From positions 1 to 62,674 of the forward strand of contig JBEKKD010000001.1 of the NCBI GenBank assembly GCA_050010895.1: a DNA stretch of 62,674 nt, written 5' to 3'. The notes below the pieces were generated by a model, which saw nothing but the letters and a program-made list of their open reading frames with translations, did no database searches and was not told where the DNA came from. Positions within the stretch are counted from its first letter, which is position 1, and the number at the start of each line of letters is the position of its first letter. Both the position numbers and the translations under genes were made by a program. Origin of the DNA: Armatimonadota bacterium (lineage in GTDB: Bacteria; Armatimonadota; Hebobacteria; Hebobacterales; Hebobacteraceae). This document shows, one piece after another, positions 9,948-19,624 of this stretch.

Positions 9948-11666
9948 CTAACCGCCCGGGGCCAGCGCGGCGCGAGCGAGCGCGCGTGTTGCGGCCAATG
10001 CCACTTCGTCCGGGGTGATGCTGGTCATGCAGGTCCGCGCCGCGCACGTCGGCGCCATACATGGTCCGCAAGGCTGGGGGTGGTAGATGATCTCATGGCC
10101 ATCCCCCATCGGCCCGGTTCGCCCAGGGTCGGTCGGGCCAAAGAGACCGACCACAGGCACTCCCATCGCAGCCGCCACGTGCATGGGCCCGGAATCTATG
10201 CCGATCAGCAGATCGCAGCGAGAGAGCACGGCGGCCAGCTCGGCGGGAGTGGTTCGCCCTGCCAGATTGCCCTCGTCCATGCCGACGGGGAAGAGGATTT
10301 CGTAGCCCAGCATACGGTCCTTCTCCGACCCGACCACGATCAGACGCGCCCGATGATGCTGCACCAACCCCGATGCCAGTTCCTTGAATCCCTCGGGGCT
10401 CCAGGACTTGTAGGGATTCTCGGTTGACTCGCCCGGAGCAAGGGCGATTAGCGGGCCGGAGCCCTCCGGTCCTCGCTCGGCCAGGAGCTTCGCCCCGGCC
10501 TCGTCGTCCTGGGCTGAGAGCCGCGCCAACCCGACGTAATCCATCTTCTCAGGGGTGATCCCCAGGCCGCGCACCAGATGCATCACCTTGCCCGGGCACG
10601 GAATGCCCCGTTCTTGAATGCGATGGCTAAGGAATCGACACAGATCCGAATCCACGTAACCAATCCTGTGCGGCGCGCCGGACAGCCGCGCGCAGAGAGC
10701 CATCGTGGCCGACTGAGAGAAAACGACGGCGAGGTCGGGACGGAGGCGCCGCAGCCGGCGGCCCAGAGCGGCCGCCACGAGCGGGCCCCCTCTCGGCCTC
10801 TGGATTACCTCATCGACATATCCGGTGTGCGCCACCAGGTCGGTGAGGTAGGGACGCACGATACTCGTGATCCTCGCCTGAGGGAACGACTCCCGGAGAG
10901 CCTTCAGAGCCGGGAGCGTGAACATGAGGTCGCCGATCTGGTTGAGGTGGAAGATCAGGATATTCCGGACAGCCGATCGATCACAGAGTGCCTGCCCGTA
11001 GATTCCCTCGACGCGTTCGCTCACCACCGGGAGGGAATAGCGGGACACCACCATCTCCCGGCCGAACCGCGCCAGGTCGCTCAGCGACATGCCGTCTGCG
11101 AGCACTGACACGATGTCTTCCGCGAGCTGCTCCGCCGTTGTCGGCTGCGACGCCTCATGGTCGCCGAAACACGTTCCCTCGGCGCTGGGCAGGCGTGAGG
11201 CTGTGACCGGCCCGATGTAGCCGCCTTTGCCCGCGGCTATGACCGGTTTCCCTGTTGCCATGGCCTCCAGGGCCACACTGGCTGTGCCGACGACCACAGA
11301 ACTCAGACGAAGAAGCTGCGGGATGTCGGATCTGCCGCCCAGCGGGAAGACGGCTCGACGGCCGAGGTCGGCATTCATCTGTCGCGCCGCCGCTGTGACC
11401 GCGCCCTCCTCCGGGCCTTGCCCGACGAGGACAAGCTCGATGCCCGGCGACGTATCTGACAGCATCTTCATCGCCTGGATGAGCGCACGAGCCACCGGAG
11501 CCTTGCTGTGGCTGAAGCGGCTGACGTGCACCACCCGCGGCGAGCCCGGAGAAAGCCCCAATTGGGTCTCCAGCGCCGCATCGGGGGGGCCGGGCTGGAA
11601 TCTCTCGCAGTCGATCCCGATACGGCTAAGAACCACGCGGGATTCCGGCAGGCCGAATCCTTGCAC
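9948..11666 (-). CDS. fusion ORF: GT4 C-terminal (Glycos_transf_1-like) domain + GT9 heptosyltransferase domain; 5' part appears disrupted
   Basis: 572-aa ORF. The first ~225 aa resemble the C-terminal half of a GT4 enzyme (SVALEAMATGKPVIAAGKGG). Residues from ILIFHLNQIGDLMFTLPALKAL to ...GIDSGPMHVAAAMGVPVVGLFGPTDP form a GT9 heptosyltransferase domain. The matching GT4 N-terminal half lies upstream in a different frame. Confidence 0.7.
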   Translation of the reverse strand: MQGFGLPESRVVLSRIGIDCERFQPGPPDAALETQLGLSPGSPRVVHVSRFSHSKAPVARALIQAMKMLSDTSPGIELVLVGQGPEEGAVTAAARQMNADLGRRAVFPLGGRSDIPQLLRLSSVVVGTASVALEAMATGKPVIAAGKGGYIGPVTASRLPSAEGTCFGDHEASQPTTAEQLAEDIVSVLADGMSLSDLARFGREMVVSRYSLPVVSERVEGIYGQALCDRSAVRNILIFHLNQIGDLMFTLPALKALRESFPQARITSIVRPYLTDLVAHTGYVDEVIQRPRGGPLVAAALGRRLRRLRPDLAVVFSQSATMALCARLSGAPHRIGYVDSDLCRFLSHRIQERGIPCPGKVMHLVRGLGITPEKMDYVGLARLSAQDDEAGAKLLAERGPEGSGPLIALAPGESTENPYKSWSPEGFKELASGLVQHHRARLIVVGSEKDRMLGYEILFPVGMDEGNLAGRTTPAELAAVLSRCDLLIGIDSGPMHVAAAMGVPVVGLFGPTDPGRTGPMGDGHEIIYHPQPCGPCMAPTCAARTCMTSITPDEVALAATRALARAALAPGG

Positions 11667-11994
11667 GAGATTGCGCTTGCTGGCCTGGCTGACCCATTCC
11701 CGCCCGCCAGTTATGCGCGTTCACCAGGTCCACGTGCTCGCTTTCGAGCAAGCGCCGCAGCGCGCGCGCCCCCCGCAAGGTCCTTGGGCCGGTGAAATCG
11801 ACGTTGAAGTGCTCGATCCCCGCCGCCTCCAGCTCCGGTACGAGTTGGCCGCCGCTGGACGCGATCAGCACCCGATGTCCCCGGTCTCTGAGAGCGCGAG
11901 AAAGGTGGATGGCGTAGCTCTCGACGCCGCCGTAGTTGAGCCACGAGAGCACCTGGAGAATCGTCAGGCCTGATTCGCGTTGGCGGGCCGGCAC
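11626..11994 (-). pseudogene. GT4 N-terminal-domain fragment, out of frame with the downstream GT4-C/GT9 ORF
   Basis: This frame encodes LTILQVLSWLNYGGVESYAIHLSRALRDRGHRVLIASSGG...HVDLVNAHNWRAG, which corresponds to GT4 beta1 through the HAH motif. It then runs into nonsense (MGQPGQQAQSRARIRP*) and stops at 11626. The downstream frame resumes at ...WVSQASKRNLVQGFGLPESRVV. The only start candidates are GTG 11994 or CTG 11967. Confidence 0.5.
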
Positions 11995-13046
11995 GGGCCA
12001 CCTCCAGGAACGGACGGCCGGATGATGCGAAGCACGGCATCCACGACCTGCTCGACGGAAACCGCGTCCATGCACTTCAGCGGCTGGCACGACCGCCGCC
12101 GACACGGCCGGCACGGCAACTGCGGAGTGATCTTCACGTTTCCATCGCCGTACGGCCCGAGGCGCGTCGAATCGGTCGGTCCAAAGATGGCCGCGGTCGG
12201 CGCGCCGACCGCGGACGCGAGGTACATCGGGCCGGTGTCGTTCGATATCACCGCTCGGCATCGCCGAAACAGGTCCGCGAGCTGTTTCAGGGTCGTCTTG
12301 CCGGTGAGGTCAACAATCGGGGATTCGGCGGCAGCCGCGATCTCGGCTGCGAGGGGCGCGTCCGATGGCGCGCCGACCACGACGCTCGTGATCCCGTCGG
12401 CGGCCAGCGCGTCGGCCACGGCCCCGAACCTGTCGGCCCGCCAGCGCTTGGAAAGCCACCGAGCGCCCGGAACGAGAGCCACGATGTTGGTACGGCCGTC
12501 CAGGAGACGATCGACCGCTGCACGGTCGGCCTCACTCGTAGCTATGGTGAAATCCAGCGGATAGACGGGCGCGTCGAGCGCGTCTGCGAACCCGAGATAG
12601 GCATCCACCGCGTGAACGTCTCTCCGATCTGGAACGACAGCCATGCGGTTCAGCAGGAACGCGCCTTCCTGGTGATTGCGGAACCCGATGCGCACCGGCG
12701 CGCCGCTGAGGTAGGCGACGAGAGCGCTCTTCAGCAGTCCCTGCATGTCGACAGCGACGTCGAAGCGGTGTGGGTGAAGTGCCTGGGCGAGGCGCCTGGG
12801 CGCGCTCAAGGGCGGCAGCGCGCGCGTGTCCGACCGGTCCTGTTCGCGCCCTCCGAGCACCAGGGCTTCGCTCAGATTCGGATTCCCCGTGACCGCGTCG
12901 GCAGCAGGAGGTTTGACCGCCCAGGCGATGTACGCCGATGGGAAGCGGCGCCGGAGCGCTGCGGCCACCGGCAGAGACTGGATCACGTCGCCGATCGAGC
13001 TCAGTTTGACGATCAGCAGGCTATCGACGCGGTCGGGGAGAGTCAC
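11964..13046 (-). CDS. glycosyltransferase family 9 (LPS heptosyltransferase)
   Basis: 360-aa ORF with LLIVKLSSIGDVIQSLPVAAALRRRFP and ISNDTGPMYLASAVGAPTAAIFGPTD, the GT9 hallmarks. Confidence 0.85.
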   Translation of the reverse strand: MTLPDRVDSLLIVKLSSIGDVIQSLPVAAALRRRFPSAYIAWAVKPPAADAVTGNPNLSEALVLGGREQDRSDTRALPPLSAPRRLAQALHPHRFDVAVDMQGLLKSALVAYLSGAPVRIGFRNHQEGAFLLNRMAVVPDRRDVHAVDAYLGFADALDAPVYPLDFTIATSEADRAAVDRLLDGRTNIVALVPGARWLSKRWRADRFGAVADALAADGITSVVVGAPSDAPLAAEIAAAAESPIVDLTGKTTLKQLADLFRRCRAVISNDTGPMYLASAVGAPTAAIFGPTDSTRLGPYGDGNVKITPQLPCRPCRRRSCQPLKCMDAVSVEQVVDAVLRIIRPSVPGGGPCRPANANQA

Positions 13047-13984
13047 GAACGACGCTCCTCAGGGGGCCGGCTCTTCCAGCGCTTGTGGAGCCAGAACCAC
13101 TGCGCCGGATGCTCCCGGATCTGTTGCTCGATGATCTTTGTAAAGCGAGCGGTGTTGACGAGCAGGTCCTGCTGGTGATCGCCGGTTCGGATGATCGGCA
13201 CCGGTTCGCCGACCACTGCAGTATGCAGATCGTCCGCGTTGCGCCAGCCGAAGCAGGGCAGAACCGCAGCGCCGGTACGCAGAGCGAACGCGGCTGGTCC
13301 AGCCGCCGTGGACGCACGATGCCCGAAGAAATCGACGAAGAGGCCGTCGTCGCCCGCGTTCTGATCCATGAGAATGCCCACAGCCTGGTTCTGCCGCAGC
13401 GCGGCAAGCGTCCGCCGCGCCGCGACGTCCTGGTGGAACACGCGCATTCCGCCGGATTCCCGAGTACGCCGAATGAACTCGGTGAGCACGTCGTCACGTT
13501 GAGCCCGAGCGATGACGTTCACCGGATAGCCCTGCGCGGCGATGCGGGCGCCGACCATCTCCCAGTTGCCAAGGTGTGCCGTGATCATGATTACCCCTCT
13601 GCCGGCAGCCAGGGCGGCGTCAATCTTCTCGAACCCGCGCAGATCCACCATGCGCTTGATGTCATCGCTGCCCAGGGCGGGGAGCCTGATGAACTCGACG
13701 AGGCACTTCCCGAGGTGCCGATAGCAGCCGATCGCGATCTCTCGCAGCTCGGCCTCGCTCTTCTCGCTCCCCAGGGCCAGTCGCAAGTTAGTCAGCACAA
13801 TGCGATGGTGGCGTGGAGAGAGCCGCCGCATCAACGTGCCGATGCCGGCGCCCATGCGGTAGCCGGGCTTCTCAGGAATGCTGCGGTAGCGGCGGGCCAT
13901 CCAGAGCACCACCGCGTTGCCCAGCCGCGTCTGCATCCTGCGCTGCCAGTTGTAGAGCGCAGAACGACTTCCCGGCTCGTACAT
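13043..13984 (-). CDS. lipid A late acyltransferase, LpxL/HtrB (lysophospholipid acyltransferase) family
   Basis: The ORF track gives 13043..14083. The start is placed at MYEPGSRS (13984), 5 nt after the lpxK stop. The ITAHLGNWE motif (HX4-type acyltransferase motif) and family-typical length are present. Confidence 0.75.
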   Translation of the reverse strand: MYEPGSRSALYNWQRRMQTRLGNAVVLWMARRYRSIPEKPGYRMGAGIGTLMRRLSPRHHRIVLTNLRLALGSEKSEAELREIAIGCYRHLGKCLVEFIRLPALGSDDIKRMVDLRGFEKIDAALAAGRGVIMITAHLGNWEMVGARIAAQGYPVNVIARAQRDDVLTEFIRRTRESGGMRVFHQDVAARRTLAALRQNQAVGILMDQNAGDDGLFVDFFGHRASTAAGPAAFALRTGAAVLPCFGWRNADDLHTAVVGEPVPIIRTGDHQQDLLVNTARFTKIIEQQIREHPAQWFWLHKRWKSRPPEERRS

Positions 13985-13989
13985 GCCGG

Positions 13990-15108
13990 CTAGGTCGCGC
14001 TCTTTCCCCGCAACAGACACGACAACACCTCCGACAAATCCGGGGCGCCCGGCCGCCCGGCAAGCTCGACATCCAGCGCCCAACTCGGCCTATTCAGCGC
14101 CTCCTCCGGAATGCGGACTGCGTCCTTCTCGGTGGTCACAATCCACTCCGCGCCGTTTGCCTGATCGTCCAGCGTCGCTCGCAGTTCGTCTGCGCGATAC
14201 GCATGATGATCGGGGAAGCGCACCCTCGCGGTCAACTCCGCGCCCAGCCTTTCCAGGCTCCGCTCGAACGCGAGCGGATTGCCGAGGCTGGAGAGCGCGC
14301 AGATCTTGCGTCCCCCCAAGGCGTCCAGCTCGATCACATCGTCGACCACGAGGCTCCGCAGCCGGACCGGCTGGTGGACCGTCTCCCATATCCGAGCATG
14401 TGGCGCGAGACGCTCGACCCGCTCCCGGATGGCCTGGAGGTCATTCCTTCGCACCAGGTCCGAGTGCGTGATCCAGATCGCGTCGGCACGAGCCAGGTGC
14501 GAGGGCGGCTCCCTGAGCAGACCGCGAGGGACCAGAAAATCATACCCGAAGGGCATGAGCGCGTCCACTAGCACAACGTTGATATCGCGAGCCAGTCGCT
14601 GGTACTGGAACCCATCGTCGAGCACCATGGCATCAATCCCGAACTTCTCGAGCGCCAGCGCGCCGGTTCGCCGCCGGTCCTTGCCCACCAATACGAAGAC
14701 TTCGGGCAGCGCGCGTGCGATCATGAACGGCTCATCGCCCGAGATATCGGCGGGCAGAAGCGGCCCGAACCCCTCAGACACGATCAGCGATCTGCGCTCC
14801 CCGGCGCCGCGATAGCCTCGGCTCAGATAAGCCACCCGGCGGCCGTGCTCCGAGAGCCACTTGGCCACGGCAACGGAAGCGGTGGTCTTTCCCGTCCCGC
14901 CGACGGTGAGGTTCCCGACGCTGACCACCAGCGCGGGGAATCGGGTGCGGCGGGCGACTCCGAGGCGATAGCCGGCGAGATGCAGCTTCAGCGCGCCTCC
15001 GTAGACCATCGAGAGGAGGCGCAGCGCGGCGGCCGTGGCGCGCTCCCTGGGCGTGCGCGCGTCACCGCGCACGATGCGCATCCAGAGGCTGTCCTCGGAG
15101 AAGCTCAT
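13990..15108 (-). CDS. lpxK: tetraacyldisaccharide 4'-kinase
   Basis: The ORF track gives 13990..15546. The start is placed at MSFSEDSL (ATG 15106-15108), which forms an ATGA overlap with the waaA stop. P-loop VVSVGNLTVGGTGKTT is present. Confidence 0.9.
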   Translation of the reverse strand: MSFSEDSLWMRIVRGDARTPRERATAAALRLLSMVYGGALKLHLAGYRLGVARRTRFPALVVSVGNLTVGGTGKTTASVAVAKWLSEHGRRVAYLSRGYRGAGERRSLIVSEGFGPLLPADISGDEPFMIARALPEVFVLVGKDRRRTGALALEKFGIDAMVLDDGFQYQRLARDINVVLVDALMPFGYDFLVPRGLLREPPSHLARADAIWITHSDLVRRNDLQAIRERVERLAPHARIWETVHQPVRLRSLVVDDVIELDALGGRKICALSSLGNPLAFERSLERLGAELTARVRFPDHHAYRADELRATLDDQANGAEWIVTTEKDAVRIPEEALNRPSWALDVELAGRPGAPDLSEVLSCLLRGKSAT

Positions 15109-16511
15109 GGCGCGCCCCGGAGGCCCAGCAGAGCGCCTGCGGCGTCGGCGCAGCGTCCGGCAGCGCCACGCTGGCTCCTCATAAGACGCTCTGCGGAGAG
15201 GCCGATTCGCGACCGCAATGCGCTGTCCTTCACGATGCATACAAAGCGCTCGGCCAACTCCTGCGCGGTGTCGACACAGAAACCGACCTGCTCGCCCGTC
15301 ACCATCTCGGCCACATCTGAGCAGTTCGAGGTGTGCGGCCCAAAGATGACGGGGCGGCCCACCGCAGGAGGCTCCAGAAGATTGTGACCACCGATGGGTA
15401 CCAGCGTTCCGCCCACGAAGCCCGCCGCTGCAAGTGCGTAGGCCGAGCGCAGCTCGCCTATGGTGTCCAGGATCACGACTGCTTCCAGGGCGCGTTCGCC
15501 GCCCTCGCCCCCGCTCTCGGTTCGGCGCGCGCTCGCTGCCGTACACTGCCGGGAAAGCTCACTTCTTCGCACAACTTGGAAACCGCGCTGGGCAACCATC
15601 GCGGACACCGCCGGCACCCGCTCCAGGTGACGCGGCGCCAGCAGCAGACGCGCGTGCGGAAGGCGCTCCCGGATCGTGCCGAACGCGTCGATGATCGCTT
15701 CATCCTCGCCCGTGTGCGTGCTTCCGGCGACCAGCCATGTGTCATCGGCGAAGATGCCCAGATCTGCGGCCAGCTCCGCTTCCAGGCGAGCATCGCGCTC
15801 GGACAGACTGTCGACCTTCGTGTTGCCTGCGACCAGAACCCGTGACGGCGTCACTCCCAGGCCGAGAAGACGTTTCGAGTCCTGACTCGACTGCACGCAG
15901 AGCAGATCGGGCAACTGGTACAACCAGGTGACGAAGCCGCGCAGCCACTTGGCCCGGCCGATCGTCCGGTCGGATACGCGGCCGTTCACGACCAGCACCC
16001 GCGCCCCGAAGAGGCGAGCCAGCCCCAAGAAGTTCGGCCACAGCTCCTTCTCCGTGACGACTACCAAGTCCGGCCGCAGCCGCAGAAGGGCCCGACTCAT
16101 GCAGCACGGCGCGTCGAATGGAAGGTAGCAAAACACATCGGCGCTCTGGCAGCTCTGTCTCGCAATCGCCATGCCGGCGGTGGTGACGGTCGACACCGCG
16201 ATCCGCGCGCTCGGGAAAGTCGCTCGGAGCGAATCGAGTACCGGTCTTGCCGCCGCGACCTCTCCGGCAGAGACCGCGTGCAGCCATATCCGCGGTCCGC
16301 GCCCGCTGCCCAGTCGTGGGACCAGGCCCAACCGGTGTCGCCACGAGCCCATCGGCTTGCGGCGGACGAGCGATCTCCACGCCATCCAGCAAACAATGGC
16401 GGGCACCGCGGCGAGCAGCAGCAGGTCGAAGATGAGCAATCGAAGCACGAGGCCCCACTGGCGGCCACGATGCTGTTGCGTGTTCGGCGCCACTCCCGCG
16501 GTGATGCTCAT
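15105..16511 (-). CDS. waaA: 3-deoxy-D-manno-octulosonic acid (Kdo) transferase
   Basis: 468-aa ORF with an N-terminal TM helix and WLHAVSAGEVAAARPVLDSL, matching the KdtA signature H.VS.GE. Overlaps the msbA stop by 4 nt. Confidence 0.9.
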   Translation of the reverse strand: MSITAGVAPNTQQHRGRQWGLVLRLLIFDLLLLAAVPAIVCWMAWRSLVRRKPMGSWRHRLGLVPRLGSGRGPRIWLHAVSAGEVAAARPVLDSLRATFPSARIAVSTVTTAGMAIARQSCQSADVFCYLPFDAPCCMSRALLRLRPDLVVVTEKELWPNFLGLARLFGARVLVVNGRVSDRTIGRAKWLRGFVTWLYQLPDLLCVQSSQDSKRLLGLGVTPSRVLVAGNTKVDSLSERDARLEAELAADLGIFADDTWLVAGSTHTGEDEAIIDAFGTIRERLPHARLLLAPRHLERVPAVSAMVAQRGFQVVRRSELSRQCTAASARRTESGGEGGERALEAVVILDTIGELRSAYALAAAGFVGGTLVPIGGHNLLEPPAVGRPVIFGPHTSNCSDVAEMVTGEQVGFCVDTAQELAERFVCIVKDSALRSRIGLSAERLMRSQRGAAGRCADAAGALLGLRGAP

Positions 16512-18403
16512 GACGCGGCTGAAGCCTCCTGCGCGGTGGCTTCGCCGACAGGGGCTGCCGGCATCTGAAGCTGGGCCTCATACAGCCGACGATAGGCGCC
16601 GGCATTGAGAAGAAGCTGGTGGTGACTCCCGTCCTCGACGATCCGCCCGTCGGCGAGCACGAGGATGCGGTCAGCCCGCTGAATGGTCGAAAGCCGATGG
16701 GCGATTACGAGGGTCGTGCGGCCCTCCATCAGGCGCTCGAGCGCGGCCTGGACGAGAGCCTCCGACTCGGCATCGAGAGCGCTGGTGGCCTCGTCGAGGA
16801 TGAGGATGCGAGGATCGCGCAGGATGGCCCGCGCGATGGCGATACGCTGGCGCTGACCGCCGGACAGCTTGGCGCCGCGCTCGCCGATGTGCGTGTCGTA
16901 GCCCTGTGGGAACGATGCTATGAACTCATGCGCGTTCGCCGCCATCGCGGCGTCTTTGATCTCGTCGAAGCTTGCATCCGGCTGGCCATAGGCGATGTTC
17001 TCCCCGATCGGCCCCGCGAAGAGGATCGGCTCCTGCGGGACTATCCCGATCTGGGAACGCAGGGAGCGGAGAGTGACAGTCCGGATGTCGATTCCGTCGA
17101 CCTCGATAACTCCCGAAGTCGGGTCATAGAACCGCGGGATGAGGCTGGCCAGGCTGGTCTTCCCGGACCCGCTCGCGCCAACAAGCGCGGCCACCTGGCC
17201 GGACTCGATGGAGAGATCGATGTTCCGCAGCACGGGCTCACCATCCCGATAATGGAAGGCCACGTCACGGAGAACGACCTGGCCCCGGAGACGCTGGATC
17301 GCCCGCGCGGTCGGCGCCTCCGGGACTTCCTCGTGCGTATCCAGGATTTCGAAGATGCGATCTCCCGCGGCAGAGCCCTGCTGAGCGGAGAGCCAGATCT
17401 TGCCCAGCAGGCCGAGACGGCTGCCCAGGCTCTGGCCCGCGTAGGCGAACGCGACCAGGGTCGGCAGGCTCAGCGGCCCCTTGATCGCGAAATACCCGGC
17501 AATGCCGACGAGCACGACCATCCCGATGCCGCTGATGAGCTCGATGAGCGGCACGAGCACAGAGGCTGCGGCCGCAGCGCGGATGTTCACCCGATAGTTG
17601 CTGTCGTTGATCTCGCGGAAGCGCCCCGCCTCTCGCTCTTCCATGCTGAAGAGCTGAACGGTTTCGATCCCTGCGATGCGCTCCTGGAGAAACGAGTTCA
17701 GCTTGCCGAGGCGGCGCTGCGTCTCGCGAGACAGATGGCGCAGTCGCTCGCCGGAGCGCGCGATCAGGAATGAGATGAACGGGACGCACGCGAGGGCGAC
17801 GAACGTGAGACGCCACTCCAGCGAGAACATCAGCACGAGCGCGATCACCACCGTGATCGGCCCACGGGCGGCGTCCATGAGATCATTGCCGAGCATGCGC
17901 TGCAGCACCGCGACGTCATTGCTGACCCGCGAGAGCAGATCGCCGGTTTCGCGCGCTCGGTAGAACGCGAGCGACTGCTTGAGGAGATGATCGTAGAGCT
18001 GGCGGCGCAGGTCGCGAATAACGCTCTGAGCAAAATGCTGGCAGAGGTACATGCGACCGAACGAGAAGATGCTCTTCAGAACCCATGCCAGAAGCAGCAC
18101 CGCGGCGAATATGAGCAGGCTCTGCAGCCGCTGTTCCGGAGTGCCCGAGTGAACCCAGCCGAGACGCTGTATCCAGTCCACCCGCATTCTCGGGCCAAGC
18201 GCTGTGGCGGCGGACGAGGGCGCAACCGTAAGGAGGAGGAACGCGAGCAGCACCGGTATGGCGGCGTTCTCGATCAGCGATTCGCCGAACAGGCATATCA
18301 GCGCGCCATAAGCAGACCAGCGCCGGGTGCGCGCCTGCGAAAGCAGCCGACGCAGGATGCGAACGGCGTGCGCGGGAGGACGCGTGGCGTCAGATGGAGG
18401 CAT
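16508..18403 (-). CDS. msbA: ABC exporter, fused permease/ATPase, MsbA-like lipid A flippase
   Basis: 631-aa ORF with a 6-TM exporter domain followed by Walker A GASGSGKTS, signature LSGGQRQR and Walker B ILILDEATSALD. It is embedded between lpxB and waaA. Confidence 0.8.
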   Translation of the reverse strand: MPPSDATRPPAHAVRILRRLLSQARTRRWSAYGALICLFGESLIENAAIPVLLAFLLLTVAPSSAATALGPRMRVDWIQRLGWVHSGTPEQRLQSLLIFAAVLLLAWVLKSIFSFGRMYLCQHFAQSVIRDLRRQLYDHLLKQSLAFYRARETGDLLSRVSNDVAVLQRMLGNDLMDAARGPITVVIALVLMFSLEWRLTFVALACVPFISFLIARSGERLRHLSRETQRRLGKLNSFLQERIAGIETVQLFSMEEREAGRFREINDSNYRVNIRAAAAASVLVPLIELISGIGMVVLVGIAGYFAIKGPLSLPTLVAFAYAGQSLGSRLGLLGKIWLSAQQGSAAGDRIFEILDTHEEVPEAPTARAIQRLRGQVVLRDVAFHYRDGEPVLRNIDLSIESGQVAALVGASGSGKTSLASLIPRFYDPTSGVIEVDGIDIRTVTLRSLRSQIGIVPQEPILFAGPIGENIAYGQPDASFDEIKDAAMAANAHEFIASFPQGYDTHIGERGAKLSGGQRQRIAIARAILRDPRILILDEATSALDAESEALVQAALERLMEGRTTLVIAHRLSTIQRADRILVLADGRIVEDGSHHQLLLNAGAYRRLYEAQLQMPAAPVGEATAQEASAAS

Positions 18404-19622
18404 TACGCCCGCCCTTCGCGTCGATGAGCTCCAGCACCATCTCGGCCGTTCGTTCGGAGGCTCCAGGCGGGCCCAGGGCCGATGCTACCGCGTGGAGATC
18501 GGCCCGCATCTGCGCTCGCCGGCGCTCGTCCCGGAGCAGCGCCGCGGCGACATCCGCGATCGAGCCGGGCTGCGCGGCGGAGCCGAGCAGTTCCGGGATG
18601 ATCTCGCGTCCGGCGATGATATTCGGCATGGCGGCGAACCGCTGACCACCGATGAGGCCGCGGACGAGTCTGAACTGAAGCGTGGTGGCCCGGCTGGCGC
18701 GGTAGGCGACGATCATCGGAATGCCAAGACATGTGAACTCGAGCGTGACGCTCCCGGAGCAGACGATGGCGAGATCTGCGAGCTGGAGCGCGTCATAGTC
18801 CATCCCGTCGAGAAAGATCGCTTTCACTCCGGCACGTGCGACGAGTTGCTCGATGGGCTCGGGCCGGAGAGATGCGGCTATGGAGATGAGAAACTGCACG
18901 CCCGGGGCCGCGGATCCCAGGAGCTGTGCAGCCTCGACGAGAGTGGGAAGCAGATAGTGAATCTCCTGGCGCCGGCTCCCCGGCGCCACGGCAACAACCG
19001 CTCGGTTCCGATCGACACCATAGCGAGCCGCGGCCACGTCGAGAGGCAGCGTCGGCCGCGCAGACTCGACCACGGGATGGCCCACCCATTTCACGTATGC
19101 CCTGCCGCCGGACAGCAGATCAGCAGACCACGGGAAAGGCGTGGCGATCGCATCGACAGCGTCGCGTACCGCGACACTGCGCGGCGTCCGACGCCACGAG
19201 CCCGGCGGGAAGTAGTAGAGGGTCGGCAGGCCGAGGCCGCGAGTCATCCGCACCAGCCGCATGTTCACGGCGCCGGCGTCGATCAGGACCAGCGCAGACG
19301 GCCGCTGGGCTGCGAGGAGCGCATGGGCGGCTCGCAGCGCGCGCGCGACGCTGGGAATCCTCGAGAGCGCCTCAAAAATGCCGATGGCAGCCCACTCCGC
19401 GCTGTCGGCGAGGAGTTCGACGCCCGCGCCGGACATGCGCCGACCGCCGATTCCGGAGAGCGCGATCTCAGGCCGCCGGCGGCGCAGCGCCCCGGCCAGT
19501 CGCGCTCCCGCCCAATCGCCGGAGGCCTCGCCGGCCACCATGAACACCGAGTCTCTTTGGCTCGTCACTGCATGGCCCCGTGGCGCGACCCGATTGCCGG
19601 TAGGGCTCTCGACCACAGCCAT
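18390..19622 (-). CDS. lpxB: lipid-A-disaccharide synthase
   Basis: 410-aa ORF. FMVAGEASGDWAGARLAGAL matches the LpxB N-terminal signature (AGE.SGD). Confidence 0.9.
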   Translation of the reverse strand: MAVVESPTGNRVAPRGHAVTSQRDSVFMVAGEASGDWAGARLAGALRRRRPEIALSGIGGRRMSGAGVELLADSAEWAAIGIFEALSRIPSVARALRAAHALLAAQRPSALVLIDAGAVNMRLVRMTRGLGLPTLYYFPPGSWRRTPRSVAVRDAVDAIATPFPWSADLLSGGRAYVKWVGHPVVESARPTLPLDVAAARYGVDRNRAVVAVAPGSRRQEIHYLLPTLVEAAQLLGSAAPGVQFLISIAASLRPEPIEQLVARAGVKAIFLDGMDYDALQLADLAIVCSGSVTLEFTCLGIPMIVAYRASRATTLQFRLVRGLIGGQRFAAMPNIIAGREIIPELLGSAAQPGSIADVAAALLRDERRRAQMRADLHAVASALGPPGASERTAEMVLELIDAKGGRNASI

Positions 19623-19624
19623 AG

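Noticed and set aside
13990-15546. N-terminal 146-aa extension of lpxK suggested by the longest ORF (similar extensions occur for lpxA, the LpxL-like gene, radC and others)
   Set aside because: The extensions overlap the upstream genes, are Arg/Gly-rich, and are replaced by internal starts that give ATGA or near-abutting junctions and family-typical N-termini.
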